Made by a program: the position numbers and the translations under genes
In this document: positions 1-8,924 of the stretch, piece by piece
Numbering within the stretch: the stretch's first letter is position 1
Layout: every line of letters begins with the position of its first letter
Assembly (NCBI GenBank): GCA_964416155.1
Contig: CAYQCW010000003.1
Coordinates: 32,001 to 96,000, forward strand
Length of the DNA: 64,000 bases
Reading direction: 5' to 3'
Source: an uncultured Nitrososphaerota archaeon
GTDB lineage: Archaea > Thermoproteota > EX4484-205 > JAAOZP01
The notes under the pieces: generated by a model
Told to the model about the DNA's origin: nothing
Databases searched by the model: none
The model's input: the letters and a program-made list of their open reading frames with translations, nothing else

Positions 1-1
1 T

Positions 2-268
2 AGCGTAAAGGGCTGGCCCAAGACGGTCAACATCGGTTACGGCACACTGAGGCGGGCTAGGGGCCTCCATCCTTCAGGGTTAAAACCCGTCCTAATATCC
101 TCTGGACGCGACTTGGAGAAAGCGGGTTCTCCTGAGGGTAAGATACTGGTCTTCTCCTCTAGGCTAGGCAGAAGGAGGAGGGAGGCTCTTGCCAAGGAGG
201 CTTCCTCCAAGGGCTTCGCCATAGCGAACTACGAGAGGAGGGTTATTGAGAAGGCTGAGGAGGGTTAG
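2..268 (+). CDS. rpl32e: 50S ribosomal protein L32e, 3' part (starts before the window)
   Basis: Frame 2 reads SVKGWPKTVNIGYG..RARGLHPSG..; TAG at 266-268; directly upstream of rpl19e. Confidence 0.9.
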   Translation, partial: SVKGWPKTVNIGYGTLRRARGLHPSGLKPVLISSGRDLEKAGSPEGKILVFSSRLGRRRREALAKEASSKGFAIANYERRVIEKAEEG

Positions 269-270
269 GG

Positions 271-708
271 TTGAGCATTAAGACTGTTAAGAGACTGGCT
301 GCCGACATCCTGAAGGTCGGGGAGTCAAGAATCCTGATAGACCCGGCTAGGATTGAAGAGGTTGAGGATGCTGTCACAAGGGCTGACGTAAGGAGGCTTA
401 TTAAAAGCGGCGTGATAAGGGAGAGGCCTCCTTCAACCCCAAGCAGGGGGAGAGCTAGGGCAAGAAACAGGAGAAGAGGCCCGGGAAGCAGGAAGGGTGC
501 GAAGGGTGCTCGGATGACGGTTACATGGGTTGAGAAAGTGAGGGCTCAGAGAAGGCTTCTCAAACAGCTTAGGGACAGAGGGGTTGTTTCAAGAAGCCTC
601 TACAGGAGGCTCTACCTGATGGTTAAGGGGGGTTCTTTCTCCAGCAGGAGGGTTTTGATGAACTATATAGCTACGCTTAAGGAGAAGGGGAGGCTGCTTA
701 ATGGCTAA
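271..708 (+). CDS. rpl19e: 50S ribosomal protein L19e
   Basis: KRLAADILKVG, RRRGPGSRKGAKGAR and YRRLYLMVKGG motifs; TTG start. Confidence 0.97.
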   Translation: MSIKTVKRLAADILKVGESRILIDPARIEEVEDAVTRADVRRLIKSGVIRERPPSTPSRGRARARNRRRGPGSRKGAKGARMTVTWVEKVRAQRRLLKQLRDRGVVSRSLYRRLYLMVKGGSFSSRRVLMNYIATLKEKGRLLNG

Positions 709-1276
709 GTCAGCATCCTACAGGGTGAAGTTTAAGCGTCGCAGGAAGGGTTTTACAGACTACTATCCGAGAACGAGGCTTCTCAAGTCGGGCCTACCCA
801 GGGTCGTCGTAAGGGTTTCTAACAAGCATGTGCGCGTAGCTGTTGTTTCAAGCAAGCCGAGTGGAGACTTTGTTGTTGCTTCCGCCTTTTCCCGGGAGCT
901 TAAAAGATTTGGCTGGCCCTTCAGCTTCAACAATACTCCTGCAGCCCACCTGACGGCGTACTTGGCTGGCTTAAGATGCTTGAAGAAAAATGTTTCAGAA
1001 GGGATTCTAGACGCGGGGCTTCATAAGCCGACTAGGGGCGGAAGGATATATGCTGCTTGCAGCGGGCTTCTAGACGCGGGCTTCAAGGTAAGGGTTGACC
1101 CGTCGATGCTTCCAGATAAGAGCAGAATAGCGGGGGAGCACATAGCCAGCTTTTTCAAAGAATCTGGAGGAGAAGGTTTTTCAAGATACGTAGAAGCCGG
1201 TTTGAAGGTGGAGGAGATGCCGAGGATGATGGAGGAGGTTAAAAGCAGGCTGAGGGAGGCTGTTGTAAATGGCTGA
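701..1276 (+). CDS. rpl18: 50S ribosomal protein L18 (uL18)
   Basis: YRVKFKRRRKGFTDY, NTPAAHLT and GEHIA motifs; gene order. Confidence 0.96.
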   Translation: MAKSASYRVKFKRRRKGFTDYYPRTRLLKSGLPRVVVRVSNKHVRVAVVSSKPSGDFVVASAFSRELKRFGWPFSFNNTPAAHLTAYLAGLRCLKKNVSEGILDAGLHKPTRGGRIYAACSGLLDAGFKVRVDPSMLPDKSRIAGEHIASFFKESGGEGFSRYVEAGLKVEEMPRMMEEVKSRLREAVVNG

Positions 1277-1928
1277 GGGTGAGGTAGGGGAGCCTGAGGA
1301 GGCAGCCAGAGAGATAACCGTCGAAACACCTTTAATAATGATGATTAAAGAGGGCAGGGTTTCATCGGTTGAAGAAGTTTTCGACATGGGTCTTAAGATA
1401 AGGGAGCCTGAGGCAATAGACCTTCTGCTTCGCAAGATAAGGGAGGAAGTCATATCGATGAGCCCTGTTCAAAAGCAGAGCGACGCTGGTGAGAAGACTC
1501 GTTTCAGAGCACTCGTGGTCGTGGGGGATGAGGACGGTCACGTCGGCATAGGCTCAGCCAAGGCTAAGCAGGTCAGGGATGCGATAGAGAAGGCTGCTAG
1601 GAAGGCTAGGCTGAACATAATACCGGTTCCTAGAGGATGCGGCTCATGGGAGTGTAAATGCGGAGAGCCCCACTCAATACCTTCTAAAACATTTGGGAAG
1701 ACTGGGAGCGTCTATATTGCTCTTTTCCCCGGGCCCAAGGGTCTCGGTCTGGTTGTTGGTGATGCTGCGAAGCCTCTTTTCAGGCTTGCCGGAATAAGGG
1801 ACGTGTGGTCTAAGACTAAGGGCTCAACCTCCACCAGCCACTCATTCGTAACCGCTGCCTACTTTGCTCTGAAAAGGCTTTACACGACTAGTTTTCTGGC
1901 TTCGGAGGCTGCTCGTGTTGAAGGCTGA
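1269..1928 (+). CDS. rps5: 30S ribosomal protein S5 (uS5)
   Basis: VQKQSDAGEKTRF, RGCGSWECKCGEPHS, GPKGLGLV. Confidence 0.97.
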   Translation: MAEGEVGEPEEAAREITVETPLIMMIKEGRVSSVEEVFDMGLKIREPEAIDLLLRKIREEVISMSPVQKQSDAGEKTRFRALVVVGDEDGHVGIGSAKAKQVRDAIEKAARKARLNIIPVPRGCGSWECKCGEPHSIPSKTFGKTGSVYIALFPGPKGLGLVVGDAAKPLFRLAGIRDVWSKTKGSTSTSHSFVTAAYFALKRLYTTSFLASEAARVEG

Positions 1929-2409
1929 GGAAAACCTTCCGCCGCTAGCAGTAGTCGTCAGGGTAAGGGGTTCCGTTAACGTTACTAGAGATGTTTCGGC
2001 TACGCTGAGGAAGTTTAGGCTTCTCAGGGTGAACTCGTCTACGCTCGTCAGGCTAACTCCTTCGGTTGAAGGCATGTTGAGAAAAGCGAAGGACTATGTT
2101 TTCTGGGGAAGGGTGGATAAAAACATGCTTCACCTACTGCTGTTGAAAAGAGGCAGGCTTCCGGGAAACAGGCGTTTAAGCGATGAAAATGTTTTAAAAT
2201 ACACTGGGTACGGGACGCTGGATGAACTGGTTGAAGCAGTCTGGCTGAGCAGCTCCCCGGCTGAAGCCATTAAGCCTGTTAAGCCTGTTTTCAGGCTAAC
2301 TCCGCCCAAAGGCGGGTTTAAGAGAAGCATTAAGAAGCCTGTTAAGAAGGGCGGTATACTGGGCGACTGGGGCGACAGAGTAGGCTGGATTCTGCGGAGA
2401 ATGATATAG
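1915..2409 (+). CDS. rpl30: 50S ribosomal protein L30 (uL30, archaeal long form)
   Basis: VVRVRG, GMLRKAKDYVFWG, KPVFRLTPPKGGF. Confidence 0.95.
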   Translation: MLKAEENLPPLAVVVRVRGSVNVTRDVSATLRKFRLLRVNSSTLVRLTPSVEGMLRKAKDYVFWGRVDKNMLHLLLLKRGRLPGNRRLSDENVLKYTGYGTLDELVEAVWLSSSPAEAIKPVKPVFRLTPPKGGFKRSIKKPVKKGGILGDWGDRVGWILRRMI

Positions 2410-2525
2410 AAGTCTTTTTAAACCCCCTTGATCAGCAGGGGCCTAGGGTGGAAAACCGGTTTAAGACTTACATTGGGCCCAACGGTAAGGGTTAAAAAGT
2501 CCAGAATGCTCTTCTCGCGGAGAAG

Positions 2526-2942
2526 TTGCCGACTAGGTTGAGAAAAGTGAGGAAGATGCGGGGCAGCAGAACCCACGGCTGGGGCCAGGTAGGCCAGCAC
2601 CGTAAATCAGGATCGCGAGGTGGTGTTGGCAGGGCTGGCAGCATGGGGCACAAGTTTCTAGCGTTCTACAAGGAAGAGAAGGAGAAGGGTTTCATAAGGA
2701 AGGTTCCAAGGGTTGAAGGGGAAAAGATAAACGTCGGGGAGCTGGATGAGCTTTACAGGAGGACATGCCAGGCTTCAGAGAGTGAGAAAACACTGGATCT
2801 CGCTGCGCTAGGCTATTCTAAGCTTCTGGGTTCAGGGAGCGTTTCCAAGGCTTACGTGGTTAAGGTTGCCTCCTACAGCGAGAAGGCGAGGATGAAGATA
2901 GAGGCTAAGGGCGGCAGGATTGTTAAGCTTGGTGAATTCTGA
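2526..2942 (+). CDS. rpl15: 50S ribosomal protein L15 (uL15)
   Basis: RKMRGSRTHGWGQVGQHRKSGSRGGVGRAG and GYSKLLGSG. Confidence 0.97.
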   Translation: MPTRLRKVRKMRGSRTHGWGQVGQHRKSGSRGGVGRAGSMGHKFLAFYKEEKEKGFIRKVPRVEGEKINVGELDELYRRTCQASESEKTLDLAALGYSKLLGSGSVSKAYVVKVASYSEKARMKIEAKGGRIVKLGEF

Positions 2943-4348
2943 TGGGCTTCCTAGAGGCCATGGAGAGTATTGAGCCGTATGTTCCCCAGATAGAGGCGCC
3001 GACGAGGAAGGTCGGCTTCACCAATAGGCTGATATGGACAGGGCTTATCCTAGCACTCTACTTGGTGATGGGATATATTCCTCTCTATGGGGTTGCAACC
3101 CAAGGGGCTGACCCTTGGGCGTCGTACAGGATCATAATAGGGGGGCAGCAGGGTTCACTCCTCCACCTTGGCATCGGGCCGCTTGTGACAGGAAGCCTCG
3201 TGGTGCAGCTTTTAGCGGGCTCCGGCTTAATCAGGTTCGACCCCGGTTCAGAGTATGACAGAAGGATGCTGCAGGTTGTCACGAAGCTGGCTACCCTGCT
3301 GCTAATCCTTTTCTCAGCTGGCTCGACTGTTTTCAGCGGGTCACTGGGGGCACTGAGTCTGCATGCTCAAATCATAGCTATGGCGCAGCTTTCAGTAGCC
3401 TCAGTTCTCCTTCTCTTCTTGGACGAGACTCTTCAAAAAGGCTGGGGGCTAGGCAGCGGAATAAGCCTGTTCATCCTCGCCGGTGTCGCTAAGGAGATAT
3501 GGCTGGGCTGCTTAAACCCTCTTCCGGCACCCGACGGCTACATGTGGGGTGTGCTGCTCTTCTTCTTCCAAAAGGCTTTCTCTCTTCAAAGCCCTCTGGC
3601 AGACTTTTTCTATAGGGGTGCTCCCGCGGTTCCCACGCTTTTCCAGCTGACTGTAACCGTGGTCTTCATACTTGTGCTCATCTACCTTGAAAACGTTAGG
3701 ATTAACGTTCCGATTTCCCACGGCCGTTTCAGGGGCTTCTCAAGAGGCTTCCCAATCAGGCTGCTTTATGTTTCGAACATACCGGTCATTCTTGCGGCTG
3801 CAGTCTTTTCAAACATACAGCTGATGGCTAACTTTGCGAGTGGAACCTGGCTGGCTAACACTCCTGTGGCTGACTTCATAGGCAGGGTTGAAGTGGTTAA
3901 CAACACGTATGTTCCTGTTTCAGGCTTAGCCTGGCTGGTGAATCCTCCGAGGGGCATCACGCATGTTGCTGCGGAGCCTCTTCACGCAGTAGGCTACGTG
4001 CTGTTGCTCACCCTCCTAAGTCTAGGCTTGTCAATGGTTTGGCTCTCTGTTTCAGGCATGGACGCTAAATCGGTTTCCTCGCAGCTGGTTGATTCAGACG
4101 TTTTTCTAAGAGGCTTCAGATCTACTCCTGGAGTAATCGAGAGTAAAATAGCCCCCTACATAAACACGGTTGCGCTCCTAGGTGGTTTATCGATTGGACT
4201 TATCGCCGGCGTTGGGGATGTGCTCGCCGTCATAGGCGGGGGAATGGGTGTCCTGCTGGCGGTAGACATAATTCAGCAGTACTACCAGTTAATAATGGAG
4301 GAAACTATTGAAACCCATCCTGGCCTGCTTAGAGTGCTGGGTGAATAG
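2942..4348 (+). CDS. secY: Preprotein translocase SecY/Sec61 alpha
   Basis: About 10 TM segments; LGIGP, KGWGLGSGISLFI, PIRLLYVSNIPVIL. Confidence 0.97.
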   Translation: MGFLEAMESIEPYVPQIEAPTRKVGFTNRLIWTGLILALYLVMGYIPLYGVATQGADPWASYRIIIGGQQGSLLHLGIGPLVTGSLVVQLLAGSGLIRFDPGSEYDRRMLQVVTKLATLLLILFSAGSTVFSGSLGALSLHAQIIAMAQLSVASVLLLFLDETLQKGWGLGSGISLFILAGVAKEIWLGCLNPLPAPDGYMWGVLLFFFQKAFSLQSPLADFFYRGAPAVPTLFQLTVTVVFILVLIYLENVRINVPISHGRFRGFSRGFPIRLLYVSNIPVILAAAVFSNIQLMANFASGTWLANTPVADFIGRVEVVNNTYVPVSGLAWLVNPPRGITHVAAEPLHAVGYVLLLTLLSLGLSMVWLSVSGMDAKSVSSQLVDSDVFLRGFRSTPGVIESKIAPYINTVALLGGLSIGLIAGVGDVLAVIGGGMGVLLAVDIIQQYYQLIMEETIETHPGLLRVLGE

Positions 4349-4448
4349 CCAGAAACATTTATTTAACATCTTTTTTTCCGATGATTAAGCATGACGCGTA
4401 GTGTTGAGCAGCCGAATGCGAATGGTTTAAACCCGTTTACCGCGGAGG

Positions 4449-4907
4449 ATGATGCGATTGTCTGCTAGCGGAGTACTCACGGTAACGCTGGTCTCAGCAG
4501 CCGTCTCGCTCCTAGGCCACTTGGTTTTGAAATTCGTCCTCCACCCTGAAAGGATAAGGTTGAAGACTGAGGAGTTGAAAGCATACAGATTGGAGCGTAC
4601 TGCCGCAATCAAGCTTAAGGACCAGAAGCTTCTTAAAAAGCTCGACAAGCAGAAGGTCTACATGTCTCAAGTCGAGCAAGAGGTCTCCTCATTCCAGCTT
4701 AAAACAATGCTCGTGAACATGGGCATCATGCTTTCAGCATTCTACTTTCTATGGTTCACACTACCTATGGGGGATGTAGCCGGCCGTTTCTCAGCATCGC
4801 TACATGGTGGAAACGAGGAGATACAGTTGAACTACGGCTTCTGGTACTTCATATCCCTTTCATTCTTCCTGCAGGTCTTCAGGAAAGCGTTTGGGGTGAG
4901 TGGCTGA
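4449..4907 (+). CDS. DUF106/EMC3-TMCO1 (Oxa1 superfamily) membrane insertase homolog
   Basis: TM, coiled coil, two TMs; C-terminal FWYFISLS..QVFRKAFG; conserved position after secY. Confidence 0.8.
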   Translation: MMRLSASGVLTVTLVSAAVSLLGHLVLKFVLHPERIRLKTEELKAYRLERTAAIKLKDQKLLKKLDKQKVYMSQVEQEVSSFQLKTMLVNMGIMLSAFYFLWFTLPMGDVAGRFSASLHGGNEEIQLNYGFWYFISLSFFLQVFRKAFGVSG

Positions 4908-5472
4908 GATGGCTGGGTTGAAGCGGTCGAGAAACCCGATAATAATAATAACTGGTCTACACGGGGTCGGGAAATCGACTTTTGCAGCTCCTCTTGCGAG
5001 GGAGTTCAACCTTAGATATGTTTCAACAGGCTCAGTGTTCCGTTCAATAGCTGAGAAGAAGGGGTTGACTCTTGCCCAGCTCTCAGAGCTCTGTAAGAAA
5101 TCACCCGATTTCGACAGGGAGATAGACAGCGTCACTCTCTCACTGCTTGACTCCGGTGGGGTTGTTCTAGACAGTCTTCTCGCAGGATGGTTCGCCAGGA
5201 ATGTCGAATCCTTCAAAATATATTTGAAGGCTCCTTTCGAAGAAAGGTGCAGGAGGATCGCTGCCAGAGAGAAACGGCCTTTTGAAGAAGTAGTTTCTGA
5301 AACACTTACTAGAGAGGATTCTGAGAGGAAAAGGTTTGTTGAGTACTATGGGTTTAACATCGATGATTTAAGCATCTACGACATCGTTATCGACACTGGG
5401 AGTCTTTCCCAAGAATCAGTCGATAGAATACTTAAGTTAGCCGTGTCAACCTATTTGAAGGAGAAATGGTGA
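4900..5472 (+). CDS. cmk: Cytidylate kinase (archaeal)
   Basis: P-loop GLHGVGKST; DREID; RFVEYYG..DLSIYD..IDT. Confidence 0.9.
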   Translation: MAEMAGLKRSRNPIIIITGLHGVGKSTFAAPLAREFNLRYVSTGSVFRSIAEKKGLTLAQLSELCKKSPDFDREIDSVTLSLLDSGGVVLDSLLAGWFARNVESFKIYLKAPFEERCRRIAAREKRPFEEVVSETLTREDSERKRFVEYYGFNIDDLSIYDIVIDTGSLSQESVDRILKLAVSTYLKEKW

Positions 5473-5478
5473 TGGGAA

Positions 5479-5772
5479 ATGCGTAGGGAAGTGTTGCGGC
5501 CAGGGAGAATATGCGTGATAACCCGCGGCAGGAACAGGGGGAAGAAATGCGTTGTAGTAGGCAGTATTGACGATACGAGTATTCTCGTAACTGGCCCGAA
5601 GGAGTTGAACGGTGTTAAGAGGGGTAGGAAGAACATCCTCCACCTTCTGCCTCTTGCTGAAACCGTAAGAATAAGGGTGAACTCTAAGGATGAGACTGTT
5701 ATGGCAGTCCTGGAGAAAAGCGGTTTGAAAGAGTTCATGAGGGAGAGCGTGAAGGTTGAGGACGCTTGTTGA
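5479..5772 (+). CDS. rpl14e: 50S ribosomal protein L14e
   Basis: GRICVITRGRNRGKKCVVV..LVTGPKELNGVKR. Confidence 0.95.
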   Translation: MRREVLRPGRICVITRGRNRGKKCVVVGSIDDTSILVTGPKELNGVKRGRKNILHLLPLAETVRIRVNSKDETVMAVLEKSGLKEFMRESVKVEDAC

Positions 5773-6758
5773 CTTCGTGAAGTTGCGGACGCTGGTGAAA
5801 GAGGAGTGTGAAACCGACGAGAAATACGGGGAGCACCCTGATAAGAGAAGCATGTCTAGGCTTCTGCAGCTGGGGGTTGTGAACCTGGATAAGCCTCCAG
5901 GACCCTCAAGCCACGACGTGTCTTCAACAGTTAAAAGAATCCTCAACGCTGAGAAAGCTGGGCACGCCGGGACCCTTGAAGCGATGGGGAAATCCCGGTG
6001 TCTCCGGTGTTCTACCCGTATGCCTTAACGACGCTACTAAAACCATAGAGTACTTGCATATGATGAGTAAAGAGTATGTAGGGGTGTGCGAGATCCACGG
6101 GGTTTTTGACGAGAAGGCTTTGCGAAGATGGGTTGAGAAAATGACTAGTCCAATATACCAGCGGCCGCCGGTGAAATCATCCGTTAAAAGGTCGCTGAGA
6201 CGGAGAATTATTGTAAGGTTTACAGTGGAGGATGTTTCAGAAAGGAGGTTTGTTTTCAGAGTTGTCACTGAACCAGGCACGTATATTAGGAAGCTTATCC
6301 ACGACCTAGGCCTGCTTTTAGGAACAGGTGCACACATGGTTGAGCTCAGAAGGGTTAGGGACGGTTTTCTCAACGAGGATTCCTCAACAACCCTTCTCGA
6401 GCTCTACGCTGCTTGGCAGCTCTACTCTAAGAAGGGTGACGAGACCCTTATCAGAAGATTTGTCAAGCCTGTTGAAGACGCTTTCAAAGGATTCCCTTCA
6501 GTCTACATTAAGGACAATGCTGTTGCAGCGGTTGCCCACGGCGCCCCCCTCGCCTCCAGAGGGGTTTCTAAAATAGACCACCCGCTTTCCAAGGGCGACG
6601 TAATATGCATAAAAACCCTGAAGGGAGAGTGCGTCGGCTTCGGAGCTCTCACCATGAGTTCAGACGAGGTTCTGCAGGCCAAGAGCGGAATGGTTGTTTC
6701 GGTGGAAAGAGTTGTGATGAGCAGAGACTTATATCCTAAAATGTGGAGAAGTCACTGA
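5756..6758 (+). CDS. cbf5: H/ACA pseudouridine synthase Cbf5, intron-containing: exon 1 5756-5978, exon 2 5992-6758, about 329 aa spliced
   Basis: ORF1 has LDKPPGPSSH..KAGHAGTL; ORF2 in another frame has PGVSGVLP, YQRPPVKS, GTYIRKL, GAHMVELRR and a PUA domain. Removing 13 nt restores GHAGTLDPGVSGVLP. Exact start codon uncertain. Confidence 0.93.
5979..5991 (+). other. 13-nt BHB-type mRNA intron in cbf5 (AAGCGATGGGGAA)
   Basis: Exon stem ACGCCGGGA(5964-5972)/TCCCGGTGT(5993-6001); central helix CCCT/GGGG; bulges TG|A and AA|A; one A-U pair closing a GCGA loop. Confidence 0.88.
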
Positions 6759-7072
6759 ATCATCTTTTTCCCATCATCAGGACGCATACTAAACTCTTTC
6801 TTAATCTCCTCAAATTTCTCTATCGTCCGTAGCGCGTGCCATTTTCTTTTTTGATATTTTTACTTCGACGATACTGTTTACTTTTTCAAATTAGCCAAAT
6901 AAGTAAGAATGGAATATGAATGAGGTTAGATCTACGATATACCCGAATCTATTTTAAATTACTGGATTTTTGTAAGCGTTATGCTTAAAAGCTTAACTTC
7001 ACGGTTGGTCGGCAGGATGGTGAATCCTGAGCTTAGAAAGCGACTCGTGAATTCGATAGAAAGCTTTAAGGT

Positions 7073-7651
7073 TTAACGGGATGCTTCAGCATGCCTCTCC
7101 AGTTCTATCTTCCTGGAGACTGCGAAGCTTGCTTCACTGTTGCTCGCGGCGTTTATGATTTCCTCAGCGAGGCTTTCTGCCATGCTTTTTCTAGTCTTGA
7201 AGCTTTTTCTTTTCGCCCCGTCAACTATGTTTCTTATCGCTAGGTCAACTCTCCTACCGGGTGAGATGTCTACAGACTGGTAGTAGACTATTCCGCCGTA
7301 GCTGACTCTGGTCGTGTCCTCCCTGGGCGCTGAGTTTACGAGGGCGTCCACGAAGACTTCAACAGGGTTTCTTCCTGTTTGGAGGCTTATTATTTCAAAG
7401 ACGTTTTTAACTATGTTTATGGCTTTGGTTTTTCTCCCGCCTGCTCTGGCTGTTTGAGCAACCCTGTTAACCAGGTGTTCAACAATGTTTACGCTGTACT
7501 TCCAGAATTTCCTCTTCTCATGTCTCCCCCCGGAGTGCGGGATGACCACGGGCCTGAGGCTGATTACCTGTGCCAGCCCCGGGTCTCTAACCTGTATTCC
7601 GCTGAGATCCCACTTGTCGAACAGCCGGCATTCTACACTTGTCTTAGCCAA
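7073..7651 (-). CDS. rps7: 30S ribosomal protein S7
   Basis: PHSGGRH, NSAPREDTTR, SVDISPGRRVDLA. Confidence 0.97.
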   Translation of the reverse strand: MAKTSVECRLFDKWDLSGIQVRDPGLAQVISLRPVVIPHSGGRHEKRKFWKYSVNIVEHLVNRVAQTARAGGRKTKAINIVKNVFEIISLQTGRNPVEVFVDALVNSAPREDTTRVSYGGIVYYQSVDISPGRRVDLAIRNIVDGAKRKSFKTRKSMAESLAEEIINAASNSEASFAVSRKIELERHAEASR

Positions 7652-7691
7652 GAGTCGTGTTTTAAACGGCCCGTGATAGTTTATATAAAGC

Positions 7692-8120
7692 TTACCTTGT
7701 CGGCTTCTGCTTCTTACCCTTTAAAAGGGCGTCTAGGGAAACCCCGTTTACGTTTATAACCTTGTATCTTACTCCCGGAATGTCTCCCATGGATCTACCC
7801 AACGTGCCCCCGATTCCTGCAACAATCACCTCGTCCCTCTCGTTTATGAAGTTTAAGCCGCCGTCTTTAGGTACGAATGCCGTTATCTCCTTCCCGTTCT
7901 TTATAAGCTGGACCCTGACGCATTTCCTGACAGCACTGTTAGGCTGCTTGCTTGCTATCCCGACTTTCTCCAAGACGACGCCCCTCGCCATGGGTGCTCC
8001 TTCAAGCGGGTCGTACAGCTCCTTGAGCCTTAGCACCCTCTTAGTATAATATTTATAGCTCCACCTGAACTTTCTCCGAATTTTTATCAAGCTTCTGGCT
8101 GCGAATTCTCCTTTACCCAA
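7692..8120 (-). CDS. rps12: 30S ribosomal protein S12 (uS12)
   Basis: [30 protein letters not shown]. Confidence 0.98.
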   Translation of the reverse strand: MGKGEFAARSLIKIRRKFRWSYKYYTKRVLRLKELYDPLEGAPMARGVVLEKVGIASKQPNSAVRKCVRVQLIKNGKEITAFVPKDGGLNFINERDEVIVAGIGGTLGRSMGDIPGVRYKVINVNGVSLDALLKGKKQKPTR

Positions 8121-8164
8121 ACCCTAGAATGCTGCGAAACAGGGTCTTATTAAGTTTCCGACGC

Positions 8165-8614
8165 CTATCTTATTTTAACGTCGCTAAGGCCGAAGTGCCT
8201 CCTAGCTATTTCCCTTATTCCCTGTATTCTGAACCCGTTTCTACCTATTGCCCTGCCCTTATCCGCGTCGTCGACCGTTAAGTATGCTATTCTCCCCCCT
8301 TTAATCCCGTTTTCAAGTCGTATTTCAAGCACCTTAACAGGGTGGAGGGCTCTTTTCAAGAATGTTTCAACATCCTCATGGTACTCCACTATCTGAACCT
8401 CCCTCCCTATTCTCCTTGAAAAATGCTGGAGCAGAATCCTGTAGCTACGCCTGATTCTTTCAGCATCCTCAGGCTTGAGAAGGAAGAACACTGTCTTATC
8501 ACCGTTAGCCATCATGCAGTCTATCGCCCGGGTGGCGGTCGCACTCTCAAAGAAGCCTATGATGCTCAGCTCCTGGTTAGACCAGCTTATTCTTGCTTCA
8601 TCCCTGCTTGTCAT
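8165..8614 (-). CDS. nusA: Archaeal NusA-like KH-domain transcription factor
   Basis: KGRAIGRNGFRI KH motif; canonical position between rpl30e and rps12; the first KH GxxG motif looks degenerate. Confidence 0.88.
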   Translation of the reverse strand: MTSRDEARISWSNQELSIIGFFESATATRAIDCMMANGDKTVFFLLKPEDAERIRRSYRILLQHFSRRIGREVQIVEYHEDVETFLKRALHPVKVLEIRLENGIKGGRIAYLTVDDADKGRAIGRNGFRIQGIREIARRHFGLSDVKIR

Positions 8615-8924
8615 TCTGCTTGGCTTCCTCCAGTATTTCTGACTCCCCCTGGTTCAATATTCCTATAATGGAGGCGGGGTGTTTTAAGTTTAACGCTTTA
8701 CCCAAGACTACGCGGGATCCCTCGTAGACTATCGCGGGCGTTTTAGAAAGCTCTATCGCGTTGCGAAGCCTGCTAAGCAATGGTTGCGGTAGGCTTGAAA
8801 CATAGATTACGCCCTCCAGCTTACCCTGGAGCAGGAGCCTGTAGACTTCATTGAACCCGGCTACGAAAGAGCCTGTTTTAGCAAGCAGTTCAAGCCTGCT
8901 GCTCAGCGACACTCTCTCCACCAT
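8598..8924 (-). CDS. rpl30e: 50S ribosomal protein L30e
   Basis: KTGSFVAG..YEGSRVVLGKA..GESEIL; gene order; ATG at 8924 preferred. Confidence 0.9.
   Translation of the reverse strand: MVERVSLSSRLELLAKTGSFVAGFNEVYRLLLQGKLEGVIYVSSLPQPLLSRLRNAIELSKTPAIVYEGSRVVLGKALNLKHPASIIGILNQGESEILEEAKQNDKQG

Noticed and set aside
5756-6758. cbf5 as a frameshifted pseudogene or two separate genes
   Set aside because: The break is exactly at the catalytic Asp codon and is bounded by a strict BHB; both halves are otherwise intact
6759-7072. AT-rich gap between convergent cbf5 and rps7 as a C/D or H/ACA guide RNA or small gene
   Set aside because: No properly spaced RUGAUGA/CUGA pair, no convincing hairpin-ACA and no credible ORF
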